Assembly (NCBI RefSeq): GCF_006345805.1
Contig: NC_042997.1
Coordinates: 4,030,001 to 4,094,000 of the forward strand
DNA length: 64,000 nucleotides
From: Octopus sinensis
Taxonomy: Eukaryota
Direction of reading: 5' to 3'
A program made the position numbers and the translations under genes. This document shows positions 24,447 to 36,659 of this stretch, piece after piece (position 1 is the first letter of the stretch; each line of letters starts with the position of its first letter). Below the pieces are notes generated by a model. The model saw only the letters and a program-made list of their open reading frames with translations. It did no database searches and had not been told where the DNA came from.

Positions 24447-26721
24447 GTATAGAAGCACAGAATAAACTAAAAATAATTTTAGAAGCTTAATGGCTTCTTT
24501 ATGCTTGATGTCGACTACGCATGTTTTTTTTTTCTCCAAAAGGTAGAGTTTGAACAATATATGAGAAGAGGAAATTTCTATTTTGTGGAAACATCTGCGA
24601 AACGTAGCTAACCACTCAAAGGAATATTGCATCTAATGCACGAGGAGAAAAAGTATTTCCAGAAAAGCTCATATGTATTTTATATCCGTTTTCATAAAGC
24701 ACTTGTTGAAGTAATATTTCTGTAGTATATGATATATGGCTGAGTAGCAAATAGAAAAACAAGTAGGCGTGGCAAGTCTCCTACATCTTATGACTGTTTT
24801 GGTATTATTTATTTCCTTTCCATATTGTTTACTATCAACTGCATTCTGTTGTCCCAACTGAATTATACATACTAATTTTATGAATGTTATTAATTTCGTG
24901 CAACAAATATCACATAAACTATATATAATTCTATGATATTGAATCACCATCTCACTATTTACACGCTAAAGTCCAATACAAATATATATCATATGCACGT
25001 GGATTTAATTCGAATGAAAAGATATTCCGTCGATTTAGAATTTTACAACGCATTTTATTATTATTATTGTTGTTGCTGTTTTTCTTGTTGTTGTTTTTTC
25101 TTGCTGTTATTATTATTATTTTATTATACGTGGCTAAGCATTGCACAGTGAAGTTATCCTTTTGTAATATCAACGATGCCGTTCCGCTGAATATGATATA
25201 ATGTCCATATAAAGATATTTCACAGTTTGCAGCAATCTAATTGCGATCTCCCTCTAGTGCTCGAAACTTTCATGTATAGACATTTGAGCCAAATGCATCT
25301 CATACTACGCTTGTTAGCTTGTCTAAAACACCTGTAGAATCCAAAGATAGTGATAATGGGGACGACGATGATGATGATGTAGTATTGAACGGAAATGCTC
25401 AAAACACAGGAGATAACAATGAACAAAATACAACACAGTAATTTGAGTTTTATATTCTGAAAATGCATATTTCACAATATGCAACAATGAAATTTCATCA
25501 CAATTTCTACAATGAAAATTCCTTACCGGTGGCTAAGTGCAAATAAGATAATTTGAAGGAACTACCCCACAAAATAACGTATTAGTCCACTGTATCTCCG
25601 ACGCCGAATGTGTTCTCATCCAGTGTCTGTGTTTGTGTATATTAAAACATACGCGGTTAAACTTAATCAACCTGTCTTACAACTCGGAACAACTTTTCGA
25701 AGGACACGCTAAAACACGACCTCCGTCATTAACTTCCCTTTCCTTTTCAAATGGTGCTTGAAGTTGATGGGAATGATTAGCTAGAATGTACAGAGGGCTC
25801 AGACGTATTCATCACATAAATTCTGTGGTCACAGTTACCAGTCAGAGGAATATTAGCTTCACTAGCCTTTAAAGTTGACTTTCGCATTGCTTTCCAGTTA
25901 AGATTTGACTGATAGTTGGATTCGTCCCAAACATGTCGGTAACTATTGAACAATGTCGAATGCATCTAACCTGCCGGAGAGAATCGGTACACATCGTACC
26001 GATTTAGAACTTGTTTTAAAGAAGTATTGAATCAACGTAGCACTATAGTCACAGACGATTTTAGATGTTTTTCTCGGCCTTCCTGCTAAAAGTCGTTGAG
26101 AAGAGATTGTCTTATCGACTTTTCGCGGTGATGCTCAAGTTGATATCCAGACAATCGAGATTTATCCACTCACTTTGCCATATATACGAAGTTATGATTA
26201 TTTCCCTGCCAATGTTGTTATCCAGAGTGTAGTAAGCTGTGTCTAGTAATATTTTAGAAACCACACACCCAACTACGATCTATAGACGACATGATTGCAG
26301 TTATTTACTGTAGCTAGACCGAGTGAATGAGAAGCAGACCTGCATGTAATACAGTCGCCCAGATTAGATCACGCTCACATTGCTCAACATTGACAACTTG
26401 ACAGCGAGCCAGATATTTCTGCAGGACCATCAACCACATTAGTTACCAATATATTATAACGGATGTTAGGCCACTGGTGATTAGGATTTCGTAGCACGAA
26501 ATGAAATTTCGGTAAGAGATCCGATTGTTAGTTTAGTTAAGTATTGTTTTAGGCGTATTTGTTCACTGTCTACCTCATATTTATTCAAGTCCTCTTTGGT
26601 GAAATATATTTTCCTGGATATTTTCTTTCGGCTTGATGGTCATACGTTTGTCATCTCTACTCAAAGAAATATCCAGTGTCTTTTGCGATAGATTTGTTAT
26701 AACAGTTAGTTAGTTGTTCTA

Positions 26722-26912
26722 TCATCCAGGGCATATTACATCATATATAATTTTGAAGATTAGCTTCATTTTTATTATACTTAGTGTTTCTAATTTAAAT
26801 TCATTAAATTTATCCTCACATGGATTTTGGCATTTTGACCCAATACCCTTGATGCTGGTTAGACATATATCCATTTTATTCATTAAATGTCTTCCAAATG
26901 TGAACAGACAAT
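26722..26912 (-). CDS. Candidate terminal exon, (D)CLFTFGRHLMNKMDICLTSIKGIGSKCQNPCEDKFNEFKLETLSIIKMKLIFKIIYDVICPG*
   Basis: Polypyrimidine acceptor tctctttgttttacatattag|, open frame with 5 Cys, tandem stops TGA TAG, and AATAAA ~140 nt downstream (26580-26585). No homology recognised. Confidence 0.3.
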
Positions 26913-27623
26913 CTAATATGTAAAACAAAGAGATTTATATAATAAATGTGAATCTCTTTATTGAAACAGGTAACGTATGAGTTGAGAAAGCTTTGAATTT
27001 ATTTGTAGTTGTCTGCGTATACAGTGTAAAGGTCTCTCGATGATTAAGCTACATTACACTTCAACCTATAAATATTCAAATAGCTTCATTGACGCTGCCT
27101 TTATATTTAGAGAAGTTATTAATTTTCCTCATTCAAACACGTAAGTACCTGCATGTATGCTCAGTGCACCCAAGCGAATAACACATCTCAATTTCCCTCA
27201 TTACGCTTGGGATATTTAAAGTCTATAAATCTTGAGCATCACCAATCAATTATTCATCACCGAAGTAGAATTGAAGTATCACATACAAAACGGTAATTTT
27301 CATTATCTTTTGCCGTGCTTTAAAAATACTTAGGCATCTGTAGCATTAAGTCAAGCATATCTAAGACAAAATGAATGTGGATTTCTAAGAATCTTTGATG
27401 AATTTAAAAGAAAACCCAAACGCAATAATACAAGTTATAAAACAATATTATCAGGTATTAGTGTCCAGAGAATATGAAACTGGTGATTATCAGGTAAGAT
27501 GTTTATTTCACAAAAGCGTAACTTCACTATGAAGATTCGAATGCATATAATTCTAAGGTTTATTTAAAAAAAATCGAATTGTAAACTATATATGTGTGTA
27601 CGCGCGCGCGCGCGTGTGTGTGT

Positions 27624-27957
27624 GAAGGCGAATGGCTCAGTGGTTAGAGCGTCGAGTTTACAATCGAGATGTTGTGAGTTCGAATCCAGGACCGGGCTGC
27701 GTGTTGTGTTCTTGAGGATGACACTTTATTTTACGTTGCTCCAGATCACTGAGCTGCAGAAATGAGCTGCAACGTCACAGGTGCCAAGCTGTATCGGCCT
27801 TTGCTTTTCCTTTGGATAACACGGGTAGCGTGTAGAGGGGAGGCCGGTATGCATGGTCGACTGCGGGTCTTCCATAAACAACTTTGCCCGGACTCGTGCC
27901 TGGGAGGGTAACTTTCTAGGTGCAAAGCCATGGTCAGTAATGACCGAGGGGTCTCAG
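27624..27957 (+). mobile_element. Full-length tRNA-derived CORE-like SINE
   Basis: A box TGGCTCAGTGG (27633-27643), B box GTTCGAATCC (27678-27687), CORE-like gtgttcttgag..gacactt and a (CA)n tail. Confidence 0.85.
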
Positions 27958-28229
27958 CACACACACAAACACACACACACACTCACACACACAAACACAC
28001 ACACACACTCACACACACAAACACACACATACATACACACACATTTATATATGATATGTTTATTATGCGCAGGTGTATCTGAGGCAAAATGCTTCCTTAC
28101 TTTTTTAAGACTTCCGTCGTGCTTTATTTTCGCTCATGAGTTATCATTTTTATTGTTTAAACTCTGTTATTCATTGCAAAGTATTTTTGAAAATTATTGT
28201 CGAGAATTGATAATATGTATAGTTGTCTG

Positions 28230-31200
28230 TTTGCAGGCTGTGTTGGACTATTTTATTTCCCGGTATTCCGGGAAATAGTGAAATTTCTGTAGCCATTTGG
28301 TATTTGTTTATTCGACTGGATTCTTGAATAGAATGTATTCTTTGAAATTTAGTATTTGTAGGTATTGTTGAACTGCGCCCCACCCCTAAACGGGGTGGGA
28401 TTTGAACTGTTGTTCCTATTGCGCGGAATTTATTGTTTGAACTGTGGAAAAAAGGGAAACCTACAATTTTCTTCTGGAAAAAAAAATGTATTTAGCCGTT
28501 TTAGTCTTTTTTGCGCTCAGCCACTCCGCCTGACAGGGGTGGTAATTGAATTATTGTTCTTCTTGTGAGGAAGCATTTTTTTAAACAGGAAAACAAAAGG
28601 AACGTAAGCCTATAATTTTTCCTTTTGAAAAAAAAAAACTGTTCTTTCAGTAGTTTTTGGCTTCATTGAGCTACTCCCATACTCCTGAAAGAGGTGGGAT
28701 TTGAACTTATTGTGTGCAAAATAAAAATAAATGAATAAAAGTATTGAAACTGTTTTGTTTTGTTTTTTTTTGCTCGTGTACTTTCTGCTTATTTATCTCG
28801 ACCAAAATGTCCTTGGCGATAATAAGAGAAAAATACTCTCTCGAAGAGAGTAAAGCTATGGAGGCTAACCATCCTACAAAACAAGTCATCAAAGGTTTTG
28901 CGGCAGTCGCCGCCGTACATACAGAAATTCTGGAGAGCCCATTGTGGGGATTCCAGGAAATGTTTAAAAGAATGAGAAAGGAGGAGGTTGAGGAAAACCT
29001 ATCACCTCACCCGAACACAACAGAAGAAATTTTAAAAGAAACATTTATATTCAAAACGTGCTGCCTAACAGAAAAAAAAACATTAAACATATGGAACAGA
29101 ATAAAATTGAAAAATGCCTGGCACCCATATGGAAAGATATTAGCTATATAACAAGAGGAAGGAAATTTGGCACCATGGAAGCAAGATTCAAAACAACAGA
29201 GATCACCCATGAGCACTCTGCCAACCTATATGGGGCGACACACGTCCCGTGTTAGGGTGGAAAAGTTACCATTGAAGGTTGGTGCAGCGTGGTTGATGGC
29301 CGCCCTGTTGTTTAACAAAGAAATTAAAATTAATATCCTACAAAAAACACGCTCTGCCCGCCTAAAGCGGATCAGTCAATGCATTGGGGCCATCCTTCAA
29401 GCGGCACCAGAAGACCTACAAAGAATTCTTGATAGGGTGTTAGTGGGCGAGCACGTGGACCCTCAAATCCATGTGGAGGGCAAAAAACCCAGATATTTTA
29501 AATGTGGCCTAAAAGACCACATAAGAGTTGACTACGACGCGGGAAAAATGGAAGATAGTGTAAATGTCCAAACTTCTATTAATACACTTACACCTGACTC
29601 CTCAGAAACAAAAAAAAAAACTGCTCCCAAAATCGAACACACACCAGCCCCCACAATAGTAAAGACCTCCATTCACCCAACTGTGGTGCCCACACAAGTC
29701 CACAAACAAGTATTCCAAAAGCCCCAACCCACGCACACACTAGTCCCGACAACACAAATAAATACCCACCCATTAAAGTCGACGGCACCTGAGAGTAAAA
29801 GTTCACCTCACCCACAGGACACCATGGAGGCGGCCGAGGAGGAATACTCTTGTTCGAGGCTCGACGAAAAGAACGTTGGCACAATCCTAGTCCACATCTC
29901 CCACACGAACGGAAAATACAGCAACTCAAAGATTAAAAAAACCCGCCCAGCCGTCCAAGATAAAAAGAAAACAGGCGAAAGAGTAATTGTGCTCGAGTTC
30001 GACCCAAAGGAAAATACAAAAATGATGTTATAGCACCGCACCACACTACATTATATTTAAAGCACAAGGACTATCCTATCCGATGTGGTTGGATAGGCGA
30101 AATATTATTTAAAACTCTGAATAAGAGTCATCCAGAAGCTATATCCAGGTTATAAAATCTTCCAAAATACTTCAGGACAGAGGAGAAAAGTGGGGTCCCC
30201 TTTCGAGACGTTAAGCCGCCATCCACATCGCCAATTAAATGTAAGTAGATCCTTTAAATTTCCTTAAAATGTCAAGTGTTAACCATGTGCGTGGTCTGAA
30301 CACGGAGTTGAAGCAAGAATGTTTCCTCGGCGACCTCAGATCATATGATGGTTGCTACAGAAACCGACCTTGTTAGACTACAAACCTTCTCGGCTCCCCT
30401 ATGGATATGAGAAAATCATGTATCCTCGGCACTACGAGGGGCAAGTGGATATCGCCCAATAACGTCATGGGGTGGTTGGGCAGAAGGTCCGGTTACGTTT
30501 CACGGGGTTTGATTCGGTCCAAACTTCTAGATAGAGAAGAATTGGAGCGATGCCACGGGCAAGTTGACTGCCAAAACCCAGACCTGCTTTCGTGGAAGGG
30601 AAGAAAGCCACTTATGAAGCGCTGTATGTTGCCAAAAACTGCTAAAGGTTTGTTTTGGCTGAAGATGCGAAAATTCGCATTACGTTTGCAGCACCACTGG
30701 CTTTACCTGGATGGGGAGCAGGTATAGTCACCTCACGTTACGTTGTACCTTATTGGACATTGGTCGATGGATCTAGGCTGGGTGATTGGCAATTATTGTG
30801 CCATCAGATACTCCAGCTATTCTCTCGAGTTGGCAATACCCGCAACGGGAGTTCCACTGCGGATCTCTATAGCGAGTTAGTGGAAATTATGTCAGACAAT
30901 GTCCTGGGGGAGGCTTTGATGGAAATCAGTTGATCAAAGTTCAGGAGAACTTTCGGGCCGGGGTATCTGGATAATTACCAGATATCCCTGGCATGGCAGA
31001 GCTACCGTTCGGCTTTGCCTATTCGGAATGAGCTTTCAAGGAACGGAAATGCCCTAGGTGCAGGTGGGACAGAGAAGCTGTCTTGTACGCATTTGTGGAG
31101 TTTTCAGAATTATCGGGACTGTTAGGTTTGTCGAGCAACTGTTGTCAACGATGGTAAGAGTACAGATATCGGCTGAGTCTGTTATCAAGATTGTGCCCCC

Positions 31201-31500
31201 ACCTTCCCCTAAGTGGGATATGATGGCTTGTTTTTCTTTATCTGTGTAGTAGCCATGCTGAAAGTAATAGTAATGAAGACGCGTGTAAGAGGTATAGTGA
31301 CAGGGAACTTCGTTCCCTGCCAGGGGTTGGATAACTTCTTTAGTTACCACCTCAATAGCAAGATCAGGCTGGAGAAGAGATATCTACCACAGGATATATT
31401 CACGAAATGTTGGAAGCAAGTAGTGAACAAGTTGCGTGTGACTGGAGCCAGGTAAGTGGGGCAACAAGGAAAAGTAAAGGTTCCAACCTGGCGATTGGAT
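28230..31500 (+). mobile_element. Degenerate, internally deleted Tx1/L1-clade LINE
   Basis: ORF1 remnants 28808-30033 with EGKKPRYFKCGLKDHIRVD (decayed CCHC knuckle). APE start VRGLNTELKQ…VATET near 30285 jumps to post-RT motifs FGPNF*IEKNWSD, SWKGRKPL, SLAWQSYRSALPIRNEL (Tx1 zf-RVT region) and a C-terminus ending ~31460. Confidence 0.75.
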
Positions 31501-31719
31501 GCCTTTCCTTCAGTCACACATTGCAAAATTTTTGATGATCATCAAGTTTATATAGAAATTTTTAAAAGGGGGCAAAAAGATAATTTTTAGCTGCATCACA
31601 TTTATATTTTACCATTCGAAACTTTTGCATTCGTTATAAGCAACTTATTCACACTCTATATGTTTCTGTCTTTGTTTATCCCATCTCTGTACGGCTTCCA
31701 TAGCCAGTTTATGAAATAA

Positions 31720-31853
31720 AGAAGTTAGCCACCCAACCACATGGTGCCGGCTTGATTCCCCCTACGTTGCAACTTCGGTTTCTACTATAAACACCTGCCG
31801 ACCAAAGCCTTGTGAGTGGCTTTGGTGGATGGAAACTGAAAGAAGCTAATAGT

Positions 31854-31909
<56 letters not shown>

Positions 31910-31920
31910 ACTATTAGCTT

Positions 31921-31976
<56 letters not shown>

Positions 31977-32165
31977 GTGTTAGTTCCTACACCATCATTT
32001 GACAGCCGATGTTGGAGTGTTTACGTCCCCTTAACCTGGCGGTTCTGCAAAATACGGCTCGATTAAGACAAAGAATGAGTCCTGGGGTGGGTTTGTTCGA
32101 CTAAGGTGGTGTGTTCCAGCACGTCTGCAGTCAAATGACTTAAATATGTAAAAGAATAAAAGAAT
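31720..32165 (+). mobile_element. Bipartite tRNA/CORE-like SINE with internal (TA)n(TG)n
   Basis: 5' half cccaaccacatggt…ccgaccaaagccttgtgagtgg; 3' half ttgacagccgatgttgg…gcagtcaaatgact. Homologous to 50345-50995. Confidence 0.8.
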
Positions 32166-32169
32166 AAGG

Positions 32170-32690
32170 AAATATATATATATATATATATAACTGGAGT
32201 TGTGTGAGTGTCTGTCCCCTTCGATTTAAATTCCTAACTACTTCAACATTTTGCGGTGCAGTTTACCCAAATTCGGGTATCTTATAGTCGTGATTCATAT
32301 CGAGCCCGTCTGGGTATTAGCGCGCGTCTACCATGAGTCTACGATTTTAAAAATAATTTAACATCATTTTTTATTCCATTTTAATGCATATTTTTTCGTG
32401 TGTCGATGGCGGTGGAGTTGGTGTCCATGGTCACACCTGCATCTGTTTTGCTTCTCCCCCTTCTTCCCCCCTCATGAAACTGTGGGGAAGGGAATGTAAG
32501 GAAATCAACGTCGTAAAGCGTTGTCAAGAAGGCCAGCGTTCTTTTAGATCAACGACTTCATGGCTTGAAGACACCAAAACAGAAGTGGCTAAGAAAGCCC
32601 GAAATGGCATCTATAAGGGAAGTATCTCTCTAAAATGCTTATATAGTTATTTCCCTTACAAACCCGAGCAACGCCGGGCAATACTGCTAG
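32170..32690 (+). mobile_element. Non-autonomous Helitron
   Basis: 3' hairpin cccg-agcaacgc-cggg (32663-32678), then CTAG (32687-32690) followed by T. The 5' end is tatatata-taactggagttgtgtg…, typical of Helitron-N elements. Confidence 0.75.
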
Positions 32691-32702
32691 TATATATGTA
32701 AA

Positions 32703-32848
32703 TTAATATGTTACCATTATTCAATAGCCAAGATAAAACTCTGAGTTTCGGATGCCGAAGTGGAGATCCACAACACCATCTCTTCGGTTATCTGGCCAGA
32801 TAACCGAAGAGATGGTGATGTGGATTTTGAATAATGGTAACATATTAA
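32703..32848. mobile_element. Asymmetric palindrome with a hammerhead-like motif (family C, 32731-32793 minus)
   Basis: Centre ctgg|ccag at 32795/32796; outer 22-bp arms at 32703-32724 and 32827-32848. Minus strand reads agataa-CCGAAGA-gatg…gtgga tc tccac…catcc-GAAAC-tcaga-GTT-ttatct, with a 6-bp stem I. Confidence 0.7.
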
Positions 32849-32914
32849 GTTACGGATAAATTTCCTCTATTCACAATATTGAGGTCTCTTTCTTTTGTTA
32901 TCTTACCGTTTTTA

Positions 32915-32953
<39 letters not shown>

Positions 32954-34861
32954 CTATAATGTTCAGAAACAGTTTGTTTGAATGTGTTGTCTTTGGATAT
33001 TTGACACCATCTTCTTCCCCTATTTTTATTTCAATTATTAAGGCATAGATTCTGGAAAATTTCGACCCTTGTACCTAATTTAAAATAACATGTTTGAAAA
33101 TATTATGTAATGTAATACATAAAGAATAATTACTGGAGACAAACCGCAATTTCAATTAGTTTTTATATTTGTTTTTAATATCAGCTGTAGAATGATTTAT
33201 CTGGTTTTGTATCCTAGTTACAATACTGTCGGTGAATGATGACCTAATTGTTCACCAATACAGAAACAGAGTATAAAAGACGTACCATGCGGTAGAAATG
33301 AAATACTCGTTCGTTCTGCTACTTTTTCTTCTTTTGTTCACTCGATATCTCAATAAATACACATTGTGTTTAACGTGAATATTATGTGTTACAGCATATA
33401 TCTGTATGAAGAACATATCATGAAATTCACCTTCAGGAAATCATATCATCCCTGTATAAGTAGAAAATACTGAATTCACTGTCGTGAATGAATGTTTCTA
33501 GACACCTGCATTGCGGGTTCTGTATTCTTGAGAAACTTTCAAGACATTTATAGTATCAATAGATGCATTAAGCTACTATATACGGTAATGTCGAATATAC
33601 CAAAAAGAAAAAAAAAGCAAACGAAACCGTTAGCAAAAATTCGTATGCATAAACGTGTATGTATGTAAGCGTTTGCGTCTGTGCTTCACCTCTTCGCGTG
33701 TAATTCAATTCTATGTTTTTCCTTTCTCCTCAGTAAACAAAACAGATGCGATAGAAAGCATTTGGTAATTGGTGAGAAGTGTGAAATTTATATAGTTCAC
33801 ATTAGAAGCAAAGTTGATTTTAACAGTGTTTGAATTGTTATTTCCAGACATTTTATTTATCATTTCTAAATAATTGATATAATGATATACTGCGCGTACA
33901 TAATTGGAAGTTGCACATTTAATACTCAAGGGATTCATAAAATTCTATGATGTTATTATCTTGCCACAGTTTTCCTGATTACTAATAAATTCGTTAAATT
34001 TTGTTGAGCCTAATTCGCAAAGTGTGAAATGAGACTAGAATATATGTTCTGAATCATCAAAATGTTAAACAACGACACTTTGCAAGTTACAAGTAGCTGT
34101 TCAGCCGATTGGTTTAATTGCTTTGCGCACGCTATGAAGTTTTACAACGAAGAATATAAAACTTGTCATATATATAATAAAGTGAAAACATTTATGATGA
34201 TTTCTAGAGTTATACAACTGTCACGTTATGAATCAAAATTTGTCTATGAATTTGAAATAGCAATTAGACATTTTTCATGATATATTTTTTTCCCCAATAC
34301 GTAGGTTTTATATTGCAAATATTTAATGCATAGCACAAATTCTATTACTGCACAATTTGATGATTATTCCTTAATCACCTCTTTAATTTTTTTTCTTAAA
34401 TTAAGGATACTAAATATCGACTATAGGGAGGTATTGCGGTCTCATTTTCTTTATATCAACACATACTTACTCAAACTATATTTTATATCATTCTATAAGG
34501 AAGAGACTGTTGCAGTTTTGACTAAAAACCAAAGGTTTAATCTTATTTCAATATGTATATCTCAGCATATTAAAAGGGAATACATAAGGATATTTAAGAG
34601 TGAATTTAGGACGCGAAACAACATAATAGAGAGCAAACCAAACTTTCTAAGCATTAACACATTTTGTCTTGTACATTCATATACAAGATAACTCAAATGC
34701 ACTCACACACGTACATAAATATATATACAAATACACGTATATATGTATGTATGCATGTATGTATGTATGTATAAGAACACACACAAAGATGCACACATGC
34801 ATCTATGCATATACCAAATATGTACTGCATGTCAAACAAGTAAAAGAATAAAAAATATACC

Positions 34862-34894
<33 letters not shown>

Positions 34895-34929
34895 CACCAT
34901 ATATCACACACACACACATATATATATAT

Positions 34930-35065
<136 letters not shown>

Positions 35066-35084
35066 ATAATTTACATAACTTAGA

Positions 35085-35390
35085 TTCATTTCGGTCATTA
35101 TCGGCCCACGCCATTCCTGACTCAATAGCACCATCTGGAAATGTCTTTTAATTATTTCGGGACACCATGGACCACTGGAGCACAGATTTGTTGTTGCTTG
35201 AGACGTGTCCAGGTGTAGGTGGTTTATCCTGTATTTCCTTTGGGAGTTTGTCCAGGTATCGTTTGAAAGTTGTGGCGTCTTCCTCTACGTTTATTTCTTA
35301 TGGAATAACTTTGAGAAGTGCAGGACTTTTTGCAGTGAAGAAATTGTGTCGCAATGTTCTTATATGATGTGATCTCGATATATTGTAGAA
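35085..35390 (-). mobile_element. CR1-clade LINE 3' end
   Basis: HIRTLRHNFF…TTFKRYLDKLPKEIQDKPPTPGH, the CR1 C-terminal 'FK..LD..L..IPD.P..PGY' motif. Confidence 0.75.
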
Positions 35391-35560
35391 TATCACCCCC
35401 ACAACTTTCAACGGTACCTGGACAGATACCTTCAGGAAATACCAGATAAACCACCTATACCTCGATTCTTCTCATCCAACAGCAACACTGAGTTTAAGTG
35501 AGCCATGGTGCCGCGAAATAATTAACTAAAAGAAATTTCCAGATATTGCTATTGAATCGT
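35390..35560 (+). mobile_element. Second, oppositely oriented CR1 3' end
   Basis: TTF.RYLDRYLQEIPDKPPIPRF, a diverged paralogue of 35085-35390. Confidence 0.7.
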
Positions 35561-35579
35561 GGGTAAATTTTAAACGTAA

Positions 35580-36122
35580 TATCAATATCATTTGGATAAT
35601 TCTGGTGGTATATATTCCACATAGTGCACATTTTTTCGTTGATGTGCACACTCCAACTAAGGTTACAGTCGACAGTTACACCTATGTCTCTGATATTATC
35701 CCACGGTTCAAGTAGGTCACTCGACGGTAGTGTATATGGTTATTTCAGCCCTCTCTTCCAAAGTTACTGCGAATAGGTCCTATTGAAGCATTGTTCGATC
35801 ATATTCTCCTTTAATGACTTTCTGTAGCTTAGAGACAAGTGCAAATATTTTTTATGGTACTATGATCAATAGAATCTGTAATATGATTGATATAGATAAT
35901 AAAAAGTAGTGGACCAAGCAGAGTAGCCTGTGCGAAACCGTTGATGGATTTTGCTGGTCTTGAGTAGATGCCATCAATTACAACAAAGCTGAGTCTTGTG
36001 TGTCAGTAAATACCTAATCCATTGAAGTAGCGTTCCACTGACGCTATTGTTGGGTAGTTTCTTTAACATAATTTTGTGGTCGACTCTATCGAAGGCGTTG
36101 AAATCAAGATATATGTTATCCG
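35580..36122 (-). mobile_element. CR1-clade reverse transcriptase fragment
   Basis: IYLDFNAFDRVDHKIMLKKL…WIRYLLT…GFAQATLLGPLLFIIYINHI, i.e. RT motifs 'YLDFAKAFD' and 'GVPQG..LGPLLF.IYIND'. Confidence 0.85.
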
Positions 36123-36191
36123 CTTGGAGCCCTCACTTAGCGCATTTACCACACACACACACGCATGTTTATATATATATATATTTCTTTA

Positions 36192-36382
36192 CTACCCACA
36201 AGTAAAACACAGAGGGGACAAACAGGGACAGACAAATGGAATAAGTCGATTACATCGACCCTGAAAGGATGAAAGGAAAAGTCGACCTCGGCGTAATTTG
36301 AACTCGGAACGTAACGACAGTCGAAATACGGCTACGCATTTCGCCCGGCAGGTTAACGTTTCTGCCAGCTCGCCCCCCCCCT
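36192..36382 (-). mobile_element. tRNA-derived SINE
   Basis: Minus strand: ggcgagctggcagaaacgttaacc…gagttcaaattacgccgaggtcgactt…; lacks the ~32-bp segment between the gtcgat direct repeats seen in the 39530 copy. Confidence 0.85.
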
Positions 36383-36401
36383 TATATATACATACATATA
36401 T

Positions 36402-36433
<32 letters not shown>

Positions 36434-36444
36434 CCATATATATC

Positions 36445-36496
<52 letters not shown>

Positions 36497-36579
36497 CTAT
36501 ATACATACATATACCTATACACACACACGCACACACACATACACACACACACACACACACCACACACACACACACCCAC

Positions 36580-36659
<80 letters not shown>

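Noticed and set aside
27624-27700. tRNA gene-like sequence (also at 44400 and 59270)
   Set aside because: No complete cloverleaf or acceptor stem; these are SINE heads.
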